Assembly (NCBI GenBank): GCA_022821725.1
Contig: JAJEDB010000043.1
Coordinates: 143,900 to 207,899 of the forward strand
DNA: 64,000 bases
Source: Candidatus Poribacteria bacterium
Lineage (GTDB): Bacteria > Poribacteria > WGA-4E > WGA-3G
Direction of reading: 5' to 3'
Positions within the stretch are counted from its first letter, which is position 1; every line of letters starts with the position of its first letter. The translations under genes were made by a program, and so were the position numbers. Of the stretch, positions 61,868-64,000 are shown in pieces. Under the pieces are notes generated by a model that was not told where the DNA came from, searched no databases, and saw nothing but the letters and a program-made list of their open reading frames with translations.

Positions 61868-64000
61868 TTATTTAAAACCTAAAACCGCGGGTTCGTGTCC
61901 AAACACAATCTGCCCGTTGGACATCATTGGTGCTTCAGTTGTTTCCGGGTTCTGCGTATCAATCTGCCAGAGTTGTCCATTATTCTCATAGAGGATCCAG
62001 CGTCCCTCCGACGGCACCCATACCGGATGCGAGCCACCTTTTTGCGTTAACTGCCGCGCCGTCGGTTCCCCTGTATCTGAATAGGTCATGAGCCAGACCT
62101 GTGGATAGATGCCTTCTGTTCTTGTAAACGCCAATTGGTTCGGATTCGCAGGGGACCATGTCGGTTCCGTATCATCAGCAGGGGACACCACAATCGGCTC
62201 TATACTTTTTGTCACTTGGTCAAAAGCGTAAATGTTCCGAGCGTGTCTTTCGGCATCGGGATTTTCGATTGTTCCCGCTGTGACGTAAGCAAGCACTGTG
62301 CCGTCGCTGTTCCATGCGGGTGTAAAACTTTGTAACGCCGTTGACGGCACAATAAACTCGGCTTCCGTCGGAATATGTCGGATGATAACGCGACTCCGAT
62401 TTCCATACTCAGGACGGGCATAGGCAACATAATCCGCATCAGGCGATATTGCCACATCCCTTGCCATCTGTCGGCTGTCAAGTAGGAGCGCACCGTTGCG
62501 CTGTTCACGACTCCGGACGATAACGTTCCCTTCCCTGTCTTGAAAGATGAGTGTGCCATCGTTCGCGACGGATGGATTATGTCCGGCACCCAATGGTGCA
62601 TTGGTTCCATCCGAGGCAAGTCCCCAGATTATATCGTCATAGGAAAAGTAGATGTGCGCTGGCAATTGTCCCGTTGAAGACACCACTTTTGCGGTAATGC
62701 CATCTTTCGGCGTAAAACGCTCTTCGTTCCCGAGTTCCCAACCTACCCCGTTGGCTCTCCAGAGAAAACCGATGCCTTTTGTCCAATATTTCCATTCCTC
62801 GTTCATGCGTCCATTCCGGGTGAGCCTAAAAACATCTTCAGGTTCGCCATGCTGTTTTTTGATTGCCCACCGTCCACCGTCCTCAATTTCCGCCATGTTC
62901 CCCTTTTCGTCGATGTAACTGGCGAGGATGTCGATATCAATGTGCGGTGTCGTCTGTCCTGAAAACACACTGACCGCTGTAGGTTCACCGCGCGTCGGGC
63001 GGCGCGTGCCGTATATTCCGACCCCATCGGTGATTCCCGTTGCTCCGTCATTGTTTGCGTCCATGATTGCCATGACATAGTAGGCACCCGGCAGAACACT
63101 GACCTGATAATTACCGTCTCCCGCCAGAGAAATTGGCATGGCGATCGGTGCGCTGAAATCAGGGTTATAAGAGAGGGTCAATATACCCTGTTGAACGGAA
63201 TGCCCATCCCACGTTATGCGTCCTGCGATTCTGCCCTGTTCGATATGGGTTTCAATACCCGGGGGTGCGGCGTGGAGGTGTCCGTTCGCGTCGTAACGCG
63301 CGCTTATCACAAGTTCGATGTCTCGGTTCTCGCCCTCCATAAGGACGATCGGAGCCGGGGGTTGCGTCGTGATGTCCACTGTCCCATAACCGCCCAAGCC
63401 ATCGCCTTCACTGTATCTACCGTTTTTATCTGCATCAGAATTAACAATAACGTAGTATTCCCCCGGCGGGAGCGCGATGCGGAATATACCGCCTGCTGCG
63501 GTTTCTCCACTTGCAATCGGTGTGACGAGAGCAGGTTCGGCGTATACCTCAACACGTGCCGTTGCGTCTTCAGGTAGCGATACATGCCCTGTCAGTATAC
63601 TCGTATTTTCGGTCGCTGTTCTTCTACGGGTCTGATAGGTCGCCGTAATAGCTATTTCAATATCTTCGGTGAACTTATTCGGAGAAATGAGGACGGGTTC
63701 AGGGAATTCGCCGCGCTTCCGCATATCTTCGACACCGTAGAACCCGAAGTCGTCGCCTGCGTCCAATTTGTTCGTGTTATTGTTGTCCACAATCGCCATC
63801 AGGTAATACTTCCCCGGCAGCAGATTCAACGCCCACGCCCCTGTATCCGTGACGGGACCAATACCTGCGCGATATTTCCAAGATAGATCCGTATACGCAA
63901 GGATCAAGGCTTTCCGATTTCCAAGGCGGGCTTGAGGATTCACAGGACCTTGACCGATCTTGAGTGAGCCGCGACACCCAGATGTCGCCGTCCGCAAAGC
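61868..64000 (-). CDS. Large secreted protein: repeated PGxYY/DxNxxG modules plus C-terminal TolB-like propeller (N-terminus outside the window)
   Basis: The frame is open to the window edge. Three modules (PGKYYLMAIVDNNNTNKLDAGDDFGFYG / PGEYYVIVNSDADKNGRYSEGDGLGGYG / PGAYYVMAIMDANNDGATGITDGVGIYG), then PD40-like blades. Confidence 0.75.
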   Translation of the reverse strand, partial: ALRTATSGCRGSLKIGQGPVNPQARLGNRKALILAYTDLSWKYRAGIGPVTDTGAWALNLLPGKYYLMAIVDNNNTNKLDAGDDFGFYGVEDMRKRGEFPEPVLISPNKFTEDIEIAITATYQTRRRTATENTSILTGHVSLPEDATARVEVYAEPALVTPIASGETAAGGIFRIALPPGEYYVIVNSDADKNGRYSEGDGLGGYGTVDITTQPPAPIVLMEGENRDIELVISARYDANGHLHAAPPGIETHIEQGRIAGRITWDGHSVQQGILTLSYNPDFSAPIAMPISLAGDGNYQVSVLPGAYYVMAIMDANNDGATGITDGVGIYGTRRPTRGEPTAVSVFSGQTTPHIDIDILASYIDEKGNMAEIEDGGRWAIKKQHGEPEDVFRLTRNGRMNEEWKYWTKGIGFLWRANGVGWELGNEERFTPKDGITAKVVSSTGQLPAHIYFSYDDIIWGLASDGTNAPLGAGHNPSVANDGTLIFQDREGNVIVRSREQRNGALLLDSRQMARDVAISPDADYVAYARPEYGNRSRVIIRHIPTEAEFIVPSTALQSFTPAWNSDGTVLAYVTAGTIENPDAERHARNIYAFDQVTKSIEPIVVSPADDTEPTWSPANPNQLAFTRTEGIYPQVWLMTYSDTGEPTARQLTQKGGSHPVWVPSEGRWILYENNGQLWQIDTQNPETTEAPMMSNGQIVFGHEPAVLGFK

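Overview
64-kb chromosomal window from a Gram-negative bacterium that looks uncultivated. It has a T9SS-type C-terminal sorting domain, two PorV/PorQ-like barrels and TolB-like propellers. The lineage cannot be fixed from this sequence alone. All calls rest on motif recognition in the supplied ORF translations and on reading the DNA by eye. No BLAST, HMM or folding was run.

About 55 protein genes, mostly housekeeping: lexA, PBP1A, uvrB, an M16 peptidase pair, cstA, xylA, thrC, scpAB, a CCA-family nucleotidyltransferase, miaB, map, ccmC plus a ccmD-like gene, and glutamine-dependent nadE. I saw no rRNA, tRNA, cas genes, transposase or integrase.

Two accessory patches stand out:
- 30.7-32.6 kb: the C-terminal remnant of an Mrr-type restriction nuclease, directly upstream of an AAA-like ATPase fused to a PD-(D/E)XK nuclease.
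- 42.7-48.5 kb: an HNH nuclease whose start needs a frame change at an A9 tract, three orphan small ORFs, and a 1027-aa N6-adenine methyltransferase. That enzyme has a Type ISP-like C-terminal specificity domain and a possible N-terminal PD-ExK motif but no translocase motor. A paralogue of the 30.9-kb ATPase follows it, lacking the nuclease domain and the Walker B acid. This cluster is my best candidate for an undescribed restriction/defence-type system.

The non-coding DNA is also structured:
- REP-like hairpins built on a GGTTTC..AACC core.
- Two ~90-bp MITE-like elements with AGGACTTACGCA terminal inverted repeats.
- A recurrent leader ending CCGCAAGGAAWAATTAAA-ATG on three minus-strand genes, with a covarying hairpin.
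- 8-mer microsatellites inside or at the start of two genes.
- Several near-consensus sigma70 promoters, often TGnTATACT/TATAAT extended -10.
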